This document shows positions 38,618 to 49,705 of a stretch of 64,000 nucleotides of DNA, piece by piece (the stretch's first letter is position 1; the number at the start of each line of letters is the position of its first letter). The position numbers and the translations under genes are program-made. The DNA is from an uncultured Dysgonomonas sp. GTDB lineage: Bacteria > Bacteroidota > Bacteroidia > Bacteroidales > Dysgonomonadaceae. The notes under the pieces were generated by a model. The model was not told the DNA's origin and ran no database searches. It saw nothing but the letters and a program-made list of their open reading frames with translations. The stretch lies in contig CAMLQA010000003.1 in assembly GCA_946482065.1 (NCBI GenBank), positions 21,947-85,946 on the forward strand. Reading direction: 5' to 3'.

Positions 38618-39487
38618 ATGAATAAAAATATCGAAATAGATCAAAAATCGGGATTCTGTTTCGGAGTGGTCAATGCCATAAAAAAAGCAGAAGAAGAATT
38701 AGCAAAAGGAGAAACATTATATTGTTTGGGCGATATTGTTCATAATAATTTAGAAGTAGAACGATTAGAAAAATTAGGCTTAAAAACTATTAATCATGAA
38801 CAGTTTGCCAAACTTAAAAATGCGAAAGTCCTTCTGAGAGCTCATGGAGAACCACCTAAAACTTATCAAATTGCAAAAGAAAACAATATTGAAATTATAG
38901 ATGCTTCATGTCCTGTAGTACTTCGTTTACAGAAAAAAATAAATGTCAAATATGTGAGTGAAATAGAAAATAATACGCAAATTGTCATATATGGGAAAAA
39001 AGGTCATGCCGAAGTCAACGGATTGCTGGGACAAACGAATGATAATGCAATTGTTGTAGAAAAAAAGGAAGATTTAGATAAATTAGATTATCATCGCAAT
39101 ATATGTTTGTTTTCGCAAACGACAAAACCATTAGATGGATTTCAAGAAATGATCGACATTATTCAAAGCCGCATGGTTGGTGATGCTAAAATTGAATATA
39201 ATGATACGATATGCCGTCAGGTATCAAATAGAATCCCTAATATTAAAGAATTTGCGACCAAACACGATATCGTATTTTTTGTCGCAGGAGAAAAAAGTTC
39301 AAACGGGAAAGTTCTCTTTGCTGAATGTAAAAAATACAATGAACGTTCATATTTTGTCACGACTCCCACAGATATTAATCCTTCTGTTCTCGTAGACTTT
39401 TCCACGATAGGTATTTGCGGAGCTACTTCTACGCCAAAATGGCAAATGGAAGCTATCGAAAAATACATTAATGATATTTGTAGTTAA
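38618..39487 (+). CDS. ispH: 4-hydroxy-3-methylbut-2-enyl diphosphate reductase
   Basis: GFCFGVVNAI, DASCPVV and DTICRQVSNR conserved Cys motifs. Confidence 0.9.
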   Translation: MNKNIEIDQKSGFCFGVVNAIKKAEEELAKGETLYCLGDIVHNNLEVERLEKLGLKTINHEQFAKLKNAKVLLRAHGEPPKTYQIAKENNIEIIDASCPVVLRLQKKINVKYVSEIENNTQIVIYGKKGHAEVNGLLGQTNDNAIVVEKKEDLDKLDYHRNICLFSQTTKPLDGFQEMIDIIQSRMVGDAKIEYNDTICRQVSNRIPNIKEFATKHDIVFFVAGEKSSNGKVLFAECKKYNERSYFVTTPTDINPSVLVDFSTIGICGATSTPKWQMEAIEKYINDICS

Positions 39488-39577
39488 AACTTACGACAGC
39501 TACGATTTCAGCATTTTTTCTCTTTTGAATAAAAAAAATAGTAAACTATAAGATGGCTTTTTGTTATTTTTATTTTT

Positions 39578-39585
39578 TACATTTG
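39578..39585 (+). promoter_or_regulatory. Candidate -7 box (TACATTTG) upstream of pfkA
   Basis: TAnnTTTG match about 54 nt upstream of the ATG at 39639. Confidence 0.35.
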
Positions 39586-39638
39586 TTCTGATTTTTTAAT
39601 CATATAAAATTGAATTTAAAGATATAAATATACTTATT

Positions 39639-40619
39639 ATGGCAGATGTTAAATGTATTGGGGTATTAACATCGGGAGGCGATGCGCCCGGAATGAATGC
39701 CGCTATCAGAGCAGTAACTCGCGCGGCTATATTCAACGGCATTGAGGTTAAAGGAATAATGAGAGGTTACAGAGGACTAATATTTGATGAAATTATTCCT
39801 TTTAAAACAAATAGTGTCAGCAATATTATACAGCAAGGAGGCACTATATTGAAGACTGCTCGCTGTAAGGAGTTTATGACCGTTGAAGGGCGAAAAATAG
39901 CATACGAAGCCATTCAACGTGAAGGTATTGACGCCCTTGTAGTGATAGGAGGTGACGGTTCATTAACAGGAGCGCGTATTTTTGCTCAGGAATATAATTT
40001 TCCAATAGTAGGATTACCTGGAACTATTGATAATGATTTGTTTGGAACAGACTTTACAATAGGATATGACACGGCTTTGAATACGATTATGCAAGCTGTG
40101 GATAAAATTCGTGATACCGCAAGTTCACACGAAAGGCTTTTCATAATAGAAGTAATGGGGCGTGAATGTGGATTCCTTGCTCTAAATGGCGCTATTGCAA
40201 CAGGCGCGGAAGCTGCGATTATTCCTGAAAAAATAGAAGAAGAAGATCAGTTAGGAGAACTTATTTCCAACGGATTCAGAAAAAGTAAGAATAGCAGCTT
40301 AGTATTGGTCACAGAAGGCGATATTACCGGCGGAGCAATGGGAATAGCTGAACGGATGAAAAAAGAATATCCTCAATATGATGCTCGTGTGACAATATTA
40401 GGGCACGTTCAACGAGGAGGTTCACCCACAGCGAGTGACCGAATTTTGGCTAGTCGTATGGGCGCCGCAGCCATTGACGCGTTAATGGATGATCAACGTA
40501 ATGTTATGATAGGTATACAAAATGATGACATAGTATATGTTCCTTTCTCGAAAGCTATAAAGAAAAACAAAGCTATTCCCGAGGGTTTGTCAAATGTATT
40601 AAAGATCTTATCTATATAA
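39639..40619 (+). CDS. pfkA: ATP-dependent 6-phosphofructokinase
   Basis: [37 protein letters not shown] and MGRECG motifs. Confidence 0.92.
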   Translation: MADVKCIGVLTSGGDAPGMNAAIRAVTRAAIFNGIEVKGIMRGYRGLIFDEIIPFKTNSVSNIIQQGGTILKTARCKEFMTVEGRKIAYEAIQREGIDALVVIGGDGSLTGARIFAQEYNFPIVGLPGTIDNDLFGTDFTIGYDTALNTIMQAVDKIRDTASSHERLFIIEVMGRECGFLALNGAIATGAEAAIIPEKIEEEDQLGELISNGFRKSKNSSLVLVTEGDITGGAMGIAERMKKEYPQYDARVTILGHVQRGGSPTASDRILASRMGAAAIDALMDDQRNVMIGIQNDDIVYVPFSKAIKKNKAIPEGLSNVLKILSI

Positions 40620-40810
40620 AAACAGTAAAATTAAAAACAGAAAAAAGCACAGGAGAGGGTTCATAACAACTTTATGAACTCTCTTTCATTCGGTAAATCC
40701 TCTTTTTTAATATTTTTGTAGACATCATTGAGTAAAATAGCGATTTCATCGAATCACTTATACATTTTATAGATATCAAATATCCGATTATAACTAATAT
40801 ATTAATAATT

Positions 40811-41245
40811 ATGAGCAAGGATAAACAACAATTATTAGATGAACGTTATATAAGAATGGCTTTTATCTGGGCTGAAAATTCATATTGCAAAAGAAGACAG
40901 GTTGGATCGCTTATAGTTAAAGATCAAATGATTATATCCGATGGTTATAATGGAACGCCATCTAAATTCGAGAACAACTGTGAAGATGAAAATGGAGAAA
41001 CAAAACCTTATGTTCTTCATGCTGAAGCCAATGCCATAACCAAAGTTGCTCGTTCCCATAATAGCAGTGAAGGGGCTACAATGTATGTCACTACATCTCC
41101 TTGCATCGAATGTGCAAAGTTGATTATTCAAGCAGGAATTAAAAGGGTTGTATTTAATCAAAAATATAGAAGAACTGATGGTACCGCATTACTTGAAAGA
41201 GCCGGAATAGAAACAGTCTACATAGATATAGAACAGCCTTTATAA
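40811..41245 (+). CDS. dCMP deaminase (ComEB family)
   Basis: HAEANAI and PCIECAKLI zinc-binding CDA motifs. Confidence 0.85.
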   Translation: MSKDKQQLLDERYIRMAFIWAENSYCKRRQVGSLIVKDQMIISDGYNGTPSKFENNCEDENGETKPYVLHAEANAITKVARSHNSSEGATMYVTTSPCIECAKLIIQAGIKRVVFNQKYRRTDGTALLERAGIETVYIDIEQPL

Positions 41246-41282
41246 AAAAGATTTCTTAAAAATAAAAAGAACATACGCTTAA

Positions 41283-42923
41283 ATGAAAAAAATAAACTAT
41301 TGGTTGCCATTATGGATTGCGTTTGGTATAGCAGCGGGAATATTTATAGGTAATATTTTTGCTCCTTTAGATTACTTTTCATCAAGGAAGGTATACGCAG
41401 GAAATAAAAAAATAGATGAAGTCTTAGGCTATATTTCTAAATCATATGTAGATACTGTCAATATTGATGATCTGGTTGAAAGAGCTATACCATCAATTCT
41501 TTCAGGGCTGGATCCACACTCGACATACATTCCGGCTTCGGAAATGAAAAAAAATGATGAATTATTAAATGGTCACTTTAGCGGTATTGGGGTTGAATTT
41601 ATAGTATTCAATGATACAGTCGCAATTGTAAATATTATTCCGGGAGGACCTTCAGAGGCAGTCGGAATACAACCATTCGATCGAATAGTTTATGTAAATG
41701 ATTCTCTTTTCACCGGTATTGCTCAGGATAAAGTTTTTCAAAAATTGAGAGGACAAAACAATACCAAAGTAAAATTGGGCATTAAAAGAGCATCATCGCC
41801 TGAAATTATTGATATAACTGTTACTAGGGCCGATGTGCCTGTTAAAAGCGTAAATGCCGCATATATGCTAACAAATAACATCGGTTATATTCGAATTTCG
41901 CAATTTGGAAGCACTACTTATAATGAATTTATTGGTGCTTTAGCTAAACTAAAAAGTCAAGGATGTAATTCATTTATAATTGATTTACAACAAAATACGG
42001 GAGGATATTTAGAAGCCGCGCGTCGTATTACTCAAGAGTTTTTAAGTAATGGAGAGCTTATCTTCTATACCGAAGGACGTACATATAAACGTCAAAATGT
42101 ATTTGCAGATGGGTCTGGAAGCTGTCAAAAAGATCAAGTCCTGGTACTTCTTGATGAAAGCAGTGCTTCTGCCAGTGAAGTATTTTCCGGAGCGATACAA
42201 GATAATGACAGAGGCTTAATTGTTGGCCGTCGTTCATTTGGAAAAGGGCTTGTTCAAAATCAATTTAAATTTGAAGATGAATCTGCAATGCGTTTAACAA
42301 TAGCGCGTTATCACACACCTTCCGGTAGATGTATACAAAAAGAATATGAAGTAGGAAAAAGCGATTCGTACAATCAAGATTTGGTGAATCGTTATCTGCG
42401 TGGAGAATTTTATAATCAAGATAGTATTAAAATGGATAATCTCCCTTTATTTCATACCTTATCGGGTCGTCCTGTTTATGGAAATGATGGAATTATGCCG
42501 GATGTATTTGTTCCCCGCGACACAATTGGAGAAAATTCATATTCTATAAATATATTTAATTCAGGTATTTTAAGGGAATACGCATTTACTTACAGTGAAA
42601 AAAATAAAAATTATTTTAAAGAACATTACAATAATTGGGAAGATGCATTACAATATATCATAAACCAACCTTTGGTTAATGAACTTGTTATTTATGCGGA
42701 ACAAAAGGGAGTACGCCGCCGTCCTCAATTGATAGAAGAATCCAGAACCTTATTAAAAGATCATCTTGAAGCATTGATCCTAAAAAATATATATGGTGAT
42801 GAAGCTTTTTATCCTGTTTTTCAGCGTAATGATTATCTTTTGAAGAAGGCTGTAAATCTTATAGAAAAAGGGAAAGCTACTCCGGAAGCTATAGCTAATG
42901 AAAAATACAAAAATAATAAATAG
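41283..42923 (+). CDS. S41 family carboxy-terminal processing peptidase
   Basis: N-terminal TM helix. PDZ (IIPGGPSEAVGIQPFDRIV). Catalytic SASASEVFSGA...GKGLVQ. Confidence 0.85.
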   Translation: MKKINYWLPLWIAFGIAAGIFIGNIFAPLDYFSSRKVYAGNKKIDEVLGYISKSYVDTVNIDDLVERAIPSILSGLDPHSTYIPASEMKKNDELLNGHFSGIGVEFIVFNDTVAIVNIIPGGPSEAVGIQPFDRIVYVNDSLFTGIAQDKVFQKLRGQNNTKVKLGIKRASSPEIIDITVTRADVPVKSVNAAYMLTNNIGYIRISQFGSTTYNEFIGALAKLKSQGCNSFIIDLQQNTGGYLEAARRITQEFLSNGELIFYTEGRTYKRQNVFADGSGSCQKDQVLVLLDESSASASEVFSGAIQDNDRGLIVGRRSFGKGLVQNQFKFEDESAMRLTIARYHTPSGRCIQKEYEVGKSDSYNQDLVNRYLRGEFYNQDSIKMDNLPLFHTLSGRPVYGNDGIMPDVFVPRDTIGENSYSINIFNSGILREYAFTYSEKNKNYFKEHYNNWEDALQYIINQPLVNELVIYAEQKGVRRRPQLIEESRTLLKDHLEALILKNIYGDEAFYPVFQRNDYLLKKAVNLIEKGKATPEAIANEKYKNNK

Positions 42924-42972
42924 ACAATTTTATAGTTATAATTCTATAGCGTGGTTTATTTTTTGAGTTAAA

Positions 42973-43548
42973 ATGGAAAACATTCAACAAGAAAAAAAAA
43001 TATTACGAAAAAAAGTATTTGAAATAAATAAAACTTATAGCGCGAAGAAGCTCTCTACAATGTCTGAAAAGATAATGGAAAGACTGGAGAATTTTACTCC
43101 ATTTAAAGAAGCTAAAACCATTGGTATCTATCATAGCCTGAAAAGCGAGGTTGAGACAACTAATTTTATAAAGAAATGGTTATCAGAAAAGAATTTTTAT
43201 TTACCAGTAATAGTCGAAGATGATATGGTTTTTAGAAAGTATATATCTGATAATTCTTTGCAAAAATCTAATTATGGAATACAAGAACCATTAGGAAAAG
43301 ATTTTACGGATTATGACAAAATAGATCTTTTTATCGTACCGGGTGTAGCGTTTGATAAACAATTGAATAGGATGGGTCGGGGAAAAGGATACTACGATCG
43401 TTTTTTATATAATTTAAAAACAACGATTAAAATAGGAATATGTTTCGATTTTCAATTATTTAAATATATACCGGTAGAATGTAATGATATAAAAATGAAT
43501 TATATCATTACGGAGACAGAAATAATAGGTACAAAAATTACCGACTGA
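42973..43548 (+). CDS. 5-formyltetrahydrofolate cyclo-ligase
   Basis: VPGVAFDKQLNRMGRGKGYYDRFL signature. Confidence 0.85.
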   Translation: MENIQQEKKILRKKVFEINKTYSAKKLSTMSEKIMERLENFTPFKEAKTIGIYHSLKSEVETTNFIKKWLSEKNFYLPVIVEDDMVFRKYISDNSLQKSNYGIQEPLGKDFTDYDKIDLFIVPGVAFDKQLNRMGRGKGYYDRFLYNLKTTIKIGICFDFQLFKYIPVECNDIKMNYIITETEIIGTKITD

Positions 43549-43566
43549 AAAATCAGAAAAAAAAAG

Positions 43567-43574
43567 TATCTTTG
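43567..43574 (+). promoter_or_regulatory. Candidate -7 box (TATCTTTG) upstream of the GNAT-like gene
   Basis: The TTG start used by the ORF track (43572) lies inside this TAnnTTTG box. Confidence 0.35.
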
Positions 43575-43619
43575 CCTGTCAAAATAAAAAAGGAAAGCAA
43601 AAATAGAATACAAAGTATA

Positions 43620-44762
43620 ATGTCTGTAACTATAAAAGAAATAAATCCTAATAATAAAGCCTTAATGAAGGCGTTTGTAAAATATCCTATTGACACATTA
43701 TACAAGAATTGTCCGTATTACGTACCCTCATTGGTATTAGATGAATTAGAAACGTTAAATCCTAAAAAAAACCCTGCTTTCGAACATTGTGAAATGCAGC
43801 TTTTTTTAGCATATAAGGACAATAAAATTGTAGGTCGCATTGCCGCTATTATAAATTATCGTGCAAATGAAAAATGGGGGCAAAAACATGGACGGTTTGG
43901 ATTCGTTGATTTTATAAATGATAACGAGGTCGTAAATACACTATTTGACGCTGCTGAAAAATGGCTTAAAATGAAAGGTATGACTGCTATCGTAGGTCCA
44001 ATGGGCTTTTGTGATCTGGATCATGAAGGTCTACTTGTATACGGATTTGATCGGATTTCAACGATGTCTACAACTTATAGCTATCCATATTATCAAAAGC
44101 ATATAGAGCGTTTAGGATTTAAAAAGGATGTAGATTGGAAAGAATTTTTTATAGCTATTCCACAAGATGCTCCCGAACGGCATCAGCGAATTTCAAAAAT
44201 GGTTTCTGAACGATATGGTTTAGAACTTCTTAAATTTAAAAGCATAAAAGATATCGGAGCATATGCTTATGAAATATTTCAATTATTGAATATAGCATAT
44301 AGTCCTTTATACGGGTTCGCTCCTTTGACTGATAAACAAATCAGTTATTATATTAAAATGTATGTTCCTCTTTTGCGATGGAATTTAGTTTCGATTGTTA
44401 TAAAGAAAGAAACTAAAGAAGTAGTTGGTTTTGGTATTGCTGTTCCAAATCTTTCTCAGGCTTTGATCAAATCTAGAGGACGGCTTTTACCTTTCGGATG
44501 GATTAGATTATTAAAAGGATTAAAGAGCAAATCAAACAAAATATCTGATTTGATGCTAATGGGTATTGCTCCCGAATATCAAGGTAAAGGAGTAAATGCA
44601 ATTATTTTTAACGATTATATTCCTACAGCATATAAAGATGGTTTTAGATATGTAGAATCAAATCCCGAGTTAGAAGTAAATAATAAAATGGTATCTTTAT
44701 GGGATGGATTCGATGCCGAGCATCACAAAACACGACGCGCTTATATTAAAAAGTTGGAATAA
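43620..44762 (+). CDS. Conserved hypothetical protein, possibly GNAT-fold N-acyltransferase
   Basis: Acetyltransferase-like central region (IVGRIAAIINYRANEKWG...) and C-terminal PEYQGKGVNAIIF (Q/RxxGxG/A-like). ATG at 43620 is preferred. Confidence 0.5.
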   Translation: MSVTIKEINPNNKALMKAFVKYPIDTLYKNCPYYVPSLVLDELETLNPKKNPAFEHCEMQLFLAYKDNKIVGRIAAIINYRANEKWGQKHGRFGFVDFINDNEVVNTLFDAAEKWLKMKGMTAIVGPMGFCDLDHEGLLVYGFDRISTMSTTYSYPYYQKHIERLGFKKDVDWKEFFIAIPQDAPERHQRISKMVSERYGLELLKFKSIKDIGAYAYEIFQLLNIAYSPLYGFAPLTDKQISYYIKMYVPLLRWNLVSIVIKKETKEVVGFGIAVPNLSQALIKSRGRLLPFGWIRLLKGLKSKSNKISDLMLMGIAPEYQGKGVNAIIFNDYIPTAYKDGFRYVESNPELEVNNKMVSLWDGFDAEHHKTRRAYIKKLE

Positions 44763-44796
44763 AATTATACAATAAGATATTTGGAGGTAGTTTATC

Positions 44797-46659
44797 ATGA
44801 GTGAAGATATATTAAATAATAACATACCCGAAGGCAATTATTCGGATGATGATATTAAAACCCTTGATTGGCAAGAACATATTCGTCGTCGTCCGGGAAT
44901 GTATATCGGAAAGCTTGGGGATGGTTCATCGGCAGATGATGGAATTTACGTTTTATTGAAAGAAGTTCTTGACAACTCTATTGATGAATATATGATGGGG
45001 TTCGGTAAAACAATCGAAGTTTCTATTGTCGATGGTACAGTAAAAGTTCGCGACCACGGGCGTGGCGTTCCCTTAGGTAAAGTTAAGGACGTATCATCCA
45101 AAATGAATACCGGAGCCAAATATGACTCTAAAGCATTTAAAAAATCAGTAGGTTTAAATGGAGTAGGTATTAAAGCGGTTAATGCTTTGTCTGACTATTT
45201 CTATATCCAAAGTTTTCGTGAGGGGCAAACTGTTTCGGTACAATACAGCAAAGCCATAGTTATAGAGGAAAGCAAAAAATTGTCTACCGATGAAGAAAAT
45301 GGAACTTTGATCGAATTTATACCCGATAATACCATTTTTACGAATTATGCTTATAAGGACGAATATGTAGAATCTTTATTACGCAATTACACATACTTGA
45401 ACACAGGCTTGGTAATTATTTATAATGGTAAAAAATTTATCTCTAAAAATGGTCTTGTCGACCTTTTATCCGAGAATATGACTTCTGAAGCACTTTATCC
45501 AATTATTCATTTGAATGATACAGATATAGAAGTCGCGATCACCCATGCCAATGAATATGGAGAAGAGTATTACTCATTTGTAAATGGTCAGCATACAACG
45601 CAGGGCGGTACTCATCAATCAGCATTCAGAGAAGCGGTATCAAGAGTAATTAAAGAATATTACAATAAGAACTTCGATTATTCCGATATTCGTAATGGTA
45701 TAGTTGCGGCAATAAGCATCAAAGTAGAAGAACCTGTATTCGAATCACAGACTAAAACAAAACTGGGGTCAAAAGATATGGGACCGGGTGGACCATCAGT
45801 CCAAAAGTTTATTGGAGATTTTCTTAAAAAAGAACTTGATAATTATTTACATAAGTATACGGAAACTTCCGATATTCTGCAAAGAAAGATTTTAGAATCG
45901 GAAAAAGAACGTAAAGCCATAGCCGGAGTTACAAAACTAGCGAGAGAAAGAGCTAAAAAAGCAAATTTACATAACAAGAAATTGCGAGATTGCCGCATTC
46001 ATTATAATGATTCGAAAGGCGATAATCGCGATGAATCATCCATATTTATTACAGAAGGGGATTCTGCCAGCGGTTCAATAACAAAAAGCCGTAATCCAAA
46101 TCTGCAAGCAGTATTTAGTCTTAGAGGTAAACCATTAAACAGCTTCGGTTTAACAAAGAAAATTGTTTATGAAAATGAGGAATTTAACCTTTTGCAAGCA
46201 GCTCTAAATATCGAAGACGGATTAGAAGGGTTACGTTATAACAAAATAATCATAGCAACAGATGCAGATACTGATGGCATGCATATCCGTTTACTTTTGC
46301 TAACGTTCTTTTTGCAGTTTTTCCCTGATTTAATCAAAAAAAGACATGTTTATATACTTCAAACGCCATTATTCCGCGTGCGTAATAAAAAAGAAACAAG
46401 ATATTGCTATACGGAAGAAGAGCGTTTAGATGCAATAAAAAGCTTAGGCGTAAATCCTGAGATTACGCGATTTAAAGGATTAGGAGAAATTTCTCCTGAT
46501 GAATTCGTCCATTTTATAGGAAAAGATATTCGCCTTGAACCGGTATCAATGAAAAAAGAAGATTTGGTAAAGGAAATGCTAAACTTTTATATGGGTAAAA
46601 ATACGCCGGAACGACAAGAGTTCATCATTGACAATCTGGTAGTTGAAGTAGAAGAATAG
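44797..46659 (+). CDS. parE: Type IIA topoisomerase subunit B, topoisomerase IV ParE-like (620 aa)
   Basis: GHKL ATPase ([17 protein letters not shown]) and Toprim ([17 protein letters not shown]). Shorter than typical GyrB and not adjacent to gyrA. Confidence 0.8.
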   Translation: MSEDILNNNIPEGNYSDDDIKTLDWQEHIRRRPGMYIGKLGDGSSADDGIYVLLKEVLDNSIDEYMMGFGKTIEVSIVDGTVKVRDHGRGVPLGKVKDVSSKMNTGAKYDSKAFKKSVGLNGVGIKAVNALSDYFYIQSFREGQTVSVQYSKAIVIEESKKLSTDEENGTLIEFIPDNTIFTNYAYKDEYVESLLRNYTYLNTGLVIIYNGKKFISKNGLVDLLSENMTSEALYPIIHLNDTDIEVAITHANEYGEEYYSFVNGQHTTQGGTHQSAFREAVSRVIKEYYNKNFDYSDIRNGIVAAISIKVEEPVFESQTKTKLGSKDMGPGGPSVQKFIGDFLKKELDNYLHKYTETSDILQRKILESEKERKAIAGVTKLARERAKKANLHNKKLRDCRIHYNDSKGDNRDESSIFITEGDSASGSITKSRNPNLQAVFSLRGKPLNSFGLTKKIVYENEEFNLLQAALNIEDGLEGLRYNKIIIATDADTDGMHIRLLLLTFFLQFFPDLIKKRHVYILQTPLFRVRNKKETRYCYTEEERLDAIKSLGVNPEITRFKGLGEISPDEFVHFIGKDIRLEPVSMKKEDLVKEMLNFYMGKNTPERQEFIIDNLVVEVEE

Positions 46660-46697
46660 TCGAATAGATTAAATGGTTTTCATTATTTATATTTCAC

Positions 46698-47768
46698 ATG
46701 AATACATTTGGTAACATATTTCGTTTAACATCATACGGAGAATCGCACGGAAAGGCTATAGGAGGAGTTATTGATGGATGTCCTTCAGGTATTGAAGTAG
46801 ATATGGATTTTATTCAAAATGAATTAAACAGACGCCGTCCGGGACAATCTACAATAACAACTCCACGAAAAGAAGCCGATAAAGTCGAGTTTTTATCAGG
46901 TATATATGATGGCAAAACGACAGGAACGCCAATTGGATTTGTAATTTGGAATAACAACCAACATTCAACTGACTATGATAATTTAAAAGATATTTATCGT
47001 CCCTCACATGCCGATTATACATATCAGATAAAATATGGAATAAGAGATCATAGAGGGGGAGGACGTTCCTCCGCACGTGAAACCATTGCAAGATGCGTTG
47101 CAGGAGCATTAGCTAAACTTGCATTGAAACAGCTTAATATCGAAATTGTAGCATATACATCACAAGTAGGAGAAATAAAACTTGAAAAATCTTATGCGGA
47201 GTACGATTTATCTGAAATAGAATCCACTCCGGTACGATGTCCTGATAAAGAAAAAGCCGAAGAAATGATATCTCTTATCCAAGAAGTAAAGTCGAAAGGA
47301 GATACGATTGGAGGAGTCATAACATGTGTTATAAAAGGAGTACCGGCAGGACTTGGACAACCTGTTTTTAATAAACTTCATGCAGCATTGGGTAATTCGA
47401 TGTTGACAATCAATGCAGTCAAGGGATTTGAATATGGCGATGGTTTCGACGTTAAACATAGAGGTTCAGAAGTAAATGATATTTTTTACAGTAATAATGG
47501 AAATGTAGATACACGTACAAACCATTCGGGTGGAATTCAAGGTGGAATTTCTAATGGACAAGACATTTATTTTCGAGTTGCTTTCAAACCTGTTGCTACC
47601 ATATTAATGAATCAGGAAACAATAAATAAAAATGTAGAAAACACAACTTTAAAAGCGAGGGGACGCCATGATCCTTGCGTATTACCTCGTGCGGTGCCAA
47701 TAGTCGAAGCGATGGCTGCAATGACAATACTTGATTATTATCTCTTGAACAAAACTACTCGTTTATAA
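46698..47768 (+). CDS. aroC: Chorismate synthase
   Basis: FGESHG-type ([17 protein letters not shown]), GRSSARET and RHDPCV motifs. Confidence 0.95.
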   Translation: MNTFGNIFRLTSYGESHGKAIGGVIDGCPSGIEVDMDFIQNELNRRRPGQSTITTPRKEADKVEFLSGIYDGKTTGTPIGFVIWNNNQHSTDYDNLKDIYRPSHADYTYQIKYGIRDHRGGGRSSARETIARCVAGALAKLALKQLNIEIVAYTSQVGEIKLEKSYAEYDLSEIESTPVRCPDKEKAEEMISLIQEVKSKGDTIGGVITCVIKGVPAGLGQPVFNKLHAALGNSMLTINAVKGFEYGDGFDVKHRGSEVNDIFYSNNGNVDTRTNHSGGIQGGISNGQDIYFRVAFKPVATILMNQETINKNVENTTLKARGRHDPCVLPRAVPIVEAMAAMTILDYYLLNKTTRL

Positions 47769-47922
47769 ATTACGACTCTTGATCTTAAACCCGATGCATA
47801 TTAATCGTTGGAATCAAAAAGAAATCGAATTATAAATTTTCGAGTATTGCTTAATATTTTTAAATTAAAAAGTATTTTACAATTACCTTGTTATTAATAC
47901 ACTTAACTTTGTAACTTTAAAG

Positions 47923-48348
47923 CTAATCTTCGACAAAACCTCCATCAAGCATTCTTTGTGGATTTGAAAACAAGGCCATGCCTGTTTTCATCTTTTTAAA
48001 ATTCAACTTTTTATAAAAATTTTCTTTTCCGGGAGACGCGTATAAAATAAAATTGCAATCGGGAGTACTGGCAATTAGTCGGTTTACAATTTCTTTTCCA
48101 ATCTTTTTTCCCTGATAATCCGGATTTACAGCAATATCATATATAGCAGACTGACGAACACCATCCGATATCATACGACCAAAAGCAATTAACCGATCGC
48201 AATCAAATACAAATATAACTGAATAACTGGTTTCGAATGATATTCTGTGTTTCTCAACAGAGGTAGATGACATACCTACTTTTTCCAATAAAACGGGAAC
48301 TTCGTTCCAAGGTATATTATCACAATTATCTTGAAATCTTAGATTCAT
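47923..48348 (-). CDS. GNAT family N-acetyltransferase
   Basis: AVNPDYQGKKIGKEIVNRL acetyl-CoA binding motif. Confidence 0.75.
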   Translation of the reverse strand: MNLRFQDNCDNIPWNEVPVLLEKVGMSSTSVEKHRISFETSYSVIFVFDCDRLIAFGRMISDGVRQSAIYDIAVNPDYQGKKIGKEIVNRLIASTPDCNFILYASPGKENFYKKLNFKKMKTGMALFSNPQRMLDGGFVED

Positions 48349-48397
48349 ATTTTTTAGAGTAATAGATTAATTTTACGAATTTACCGATTATTTATAC

Positions 48398-49120
48398 TTA
48401 CTCAAAATTAAATATTAAAGAAATCATTCTTGTTTTTCCTGAAGATACAGCATATCTGTATTTTAGTATATCAGGTTCGGAAACATCGGAATTATTTTTA
48501 TTTATCAAATCTTTTAATCCTAAAGAAAATCTTAGTTCGGGGCATAACTTAAACAATGGCAGATAAATATTACACCCTACACCAAAATCTAAACCATAAT
48601 CCATTCTTTCGAAACGTATAGCTTCACCTTTTTTTAACCCCAATCCTAAACTGGTATATGCGCCAGCCAAAAAATAAGGACGCATATTGTGCATACGCCC
48701 TCCATTAAATTTAAGATGTATGGGGAAAGTTAAAAAATCTCCACGCTGAGTAGTATTATACTTTTCTCCTGTTTTTTGCTCTCTATATGTAAATTTCTTT
48801 TCTCCGAAATGTAAAGAAGGGGATACTCGTAAATTGAAATATTGATTAATATATCTGTCACCAATGATTCCAACGCTAAAACCCGGTGAATAGGAAGGTA
48901 CGTCTGCAAACCAAACTTCTCCTGAAGATGTTGGAGTTCCCGTATTTTTCATAACCATATCTTGGGTATGGAACCCTACAAAAAAACCCAAATGAAACAA
49001 TTTCTGATCAGCAGCAGGTTGATTCTGAACTTTCCTGTATAATTGGGCTTCTATAGTTATAGGTATAGTAAATATAGAAAGTAATAGTACAGATATCTTG
49101 ATTTTTTTTAGTGTTTTCAA
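48398..49120 (-). CDS. Outer-membrane beta-barrel protein, possibly PorT/SprT family (T9SS-associated)
   Basis: Signal peptide. About 240 aa. FHLGFFVGFHTQDM pattern and beta-barrel C-terminus (LIFNFE). Family assignment is from memory only. Confidence 0.45.
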   Translation of the reverse strand: MKTLKKIKISVLLLSIFTIPITIEAQLYRKVQNQPAADQKLFHLGFFVGFHTQDMVMKNTGTPTSSGEVWFADVPSYSPGFSVGIIGDRYINQYFNLRVSPSLHFGEKKFTYREQKTGEKYNTTQRGDFLTFPIHLKFNGGRMHNMRPYFLAGAYTSLGLGLKKGEAIRFERMDYGLDFGVGCNIYLPLFKLCPELRFSLGLKDLINKNNSDVSEPDILKYRYAVSSGKTRMISLIFNFE

Positions 49121-49324
49121 TTTGTGTAACTCTTTATTTTTCCTTAAAACGAAGAAATTCTATTCTTTATTATATATTATATTCTATTTAATTATTTATA
49201 ATTTATATATATAACTTAATCGAAAAACCATATAAATAACTATAAATTAAACAATTATATATTTCAATAGACAAAATAATACATTCATTAAAATTATCTA
49301 TTTGTACTAAATAGAAAATGTATA

Positions 49325-49332
49325 TATATTTG
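49325..49332 (+). promoter_or_regulatory. Candidate -7 box (TATATTTG) upstream of the ferredoxin gene
   Basis: TAnnTTTG match about 40 nt upstream of the ATG at 49373. Confidence 0.4.
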
Positions 49333-49372
49333 CGACATCAAAGTTAAGTAATAATTTAAAATTTTAGAAATC

Positions 49373-49540
49373 ATGGCTTACGTAATAAACGAAGATTGTA
49401 TAGCATGCGGTACTTGTATCGACGAATGTCCTGTATCGGCTATATCAGAAGGTGACATTTATAAAATTGATCCTGATACATGTACAGATTGTGGTAGTTG
49501 TGCAGATGCTTGCCCTACCGAAGCTATACATCCAGCTTAA
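49373..49540 (+). CDS. 2x[4Fe-4S] ferredoxin (55 aa), absent from the ORF track
   Basis: Hand translation gives MAYVINEDCIACGTCIDECPVSAISEGDIYKIDPDTCTDCGSCADACPTEAIHPA, with two CxxCxxCxxxCP motifs. Followed by a strong terminator. Confidence 0.88.
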   Translation: MAYVINEDCIACGTCIDECPVSAISEGDIYKIDPDTCTDCGSCADACPTEAIHPA

Positions 49541-49574
49541 TATAACATCAAAAAATCTGGATTATTAGAATCAA

Positions 49575-49616
49575 AAATAAGGCTGCGAGAGATATTTTTC
49601 TCGCAGCCTTATTTTA
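49575..49616 (+). terminator. Intrinsic terminator after the ferredoxin gene
   Basis: AAGGCTGCGAGA-N8-TCTCGCAGCCTT followed by ATTTTAT. Confidence 0.8.
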
Positions 49617-49705
49617 TGACATAAAACTATTAAAATAAAAAATTATCAATGCTATTCTTTGTATATATTTAAACGCTTATCTTTGTGATAAAACAAATAA
49701 TTTAA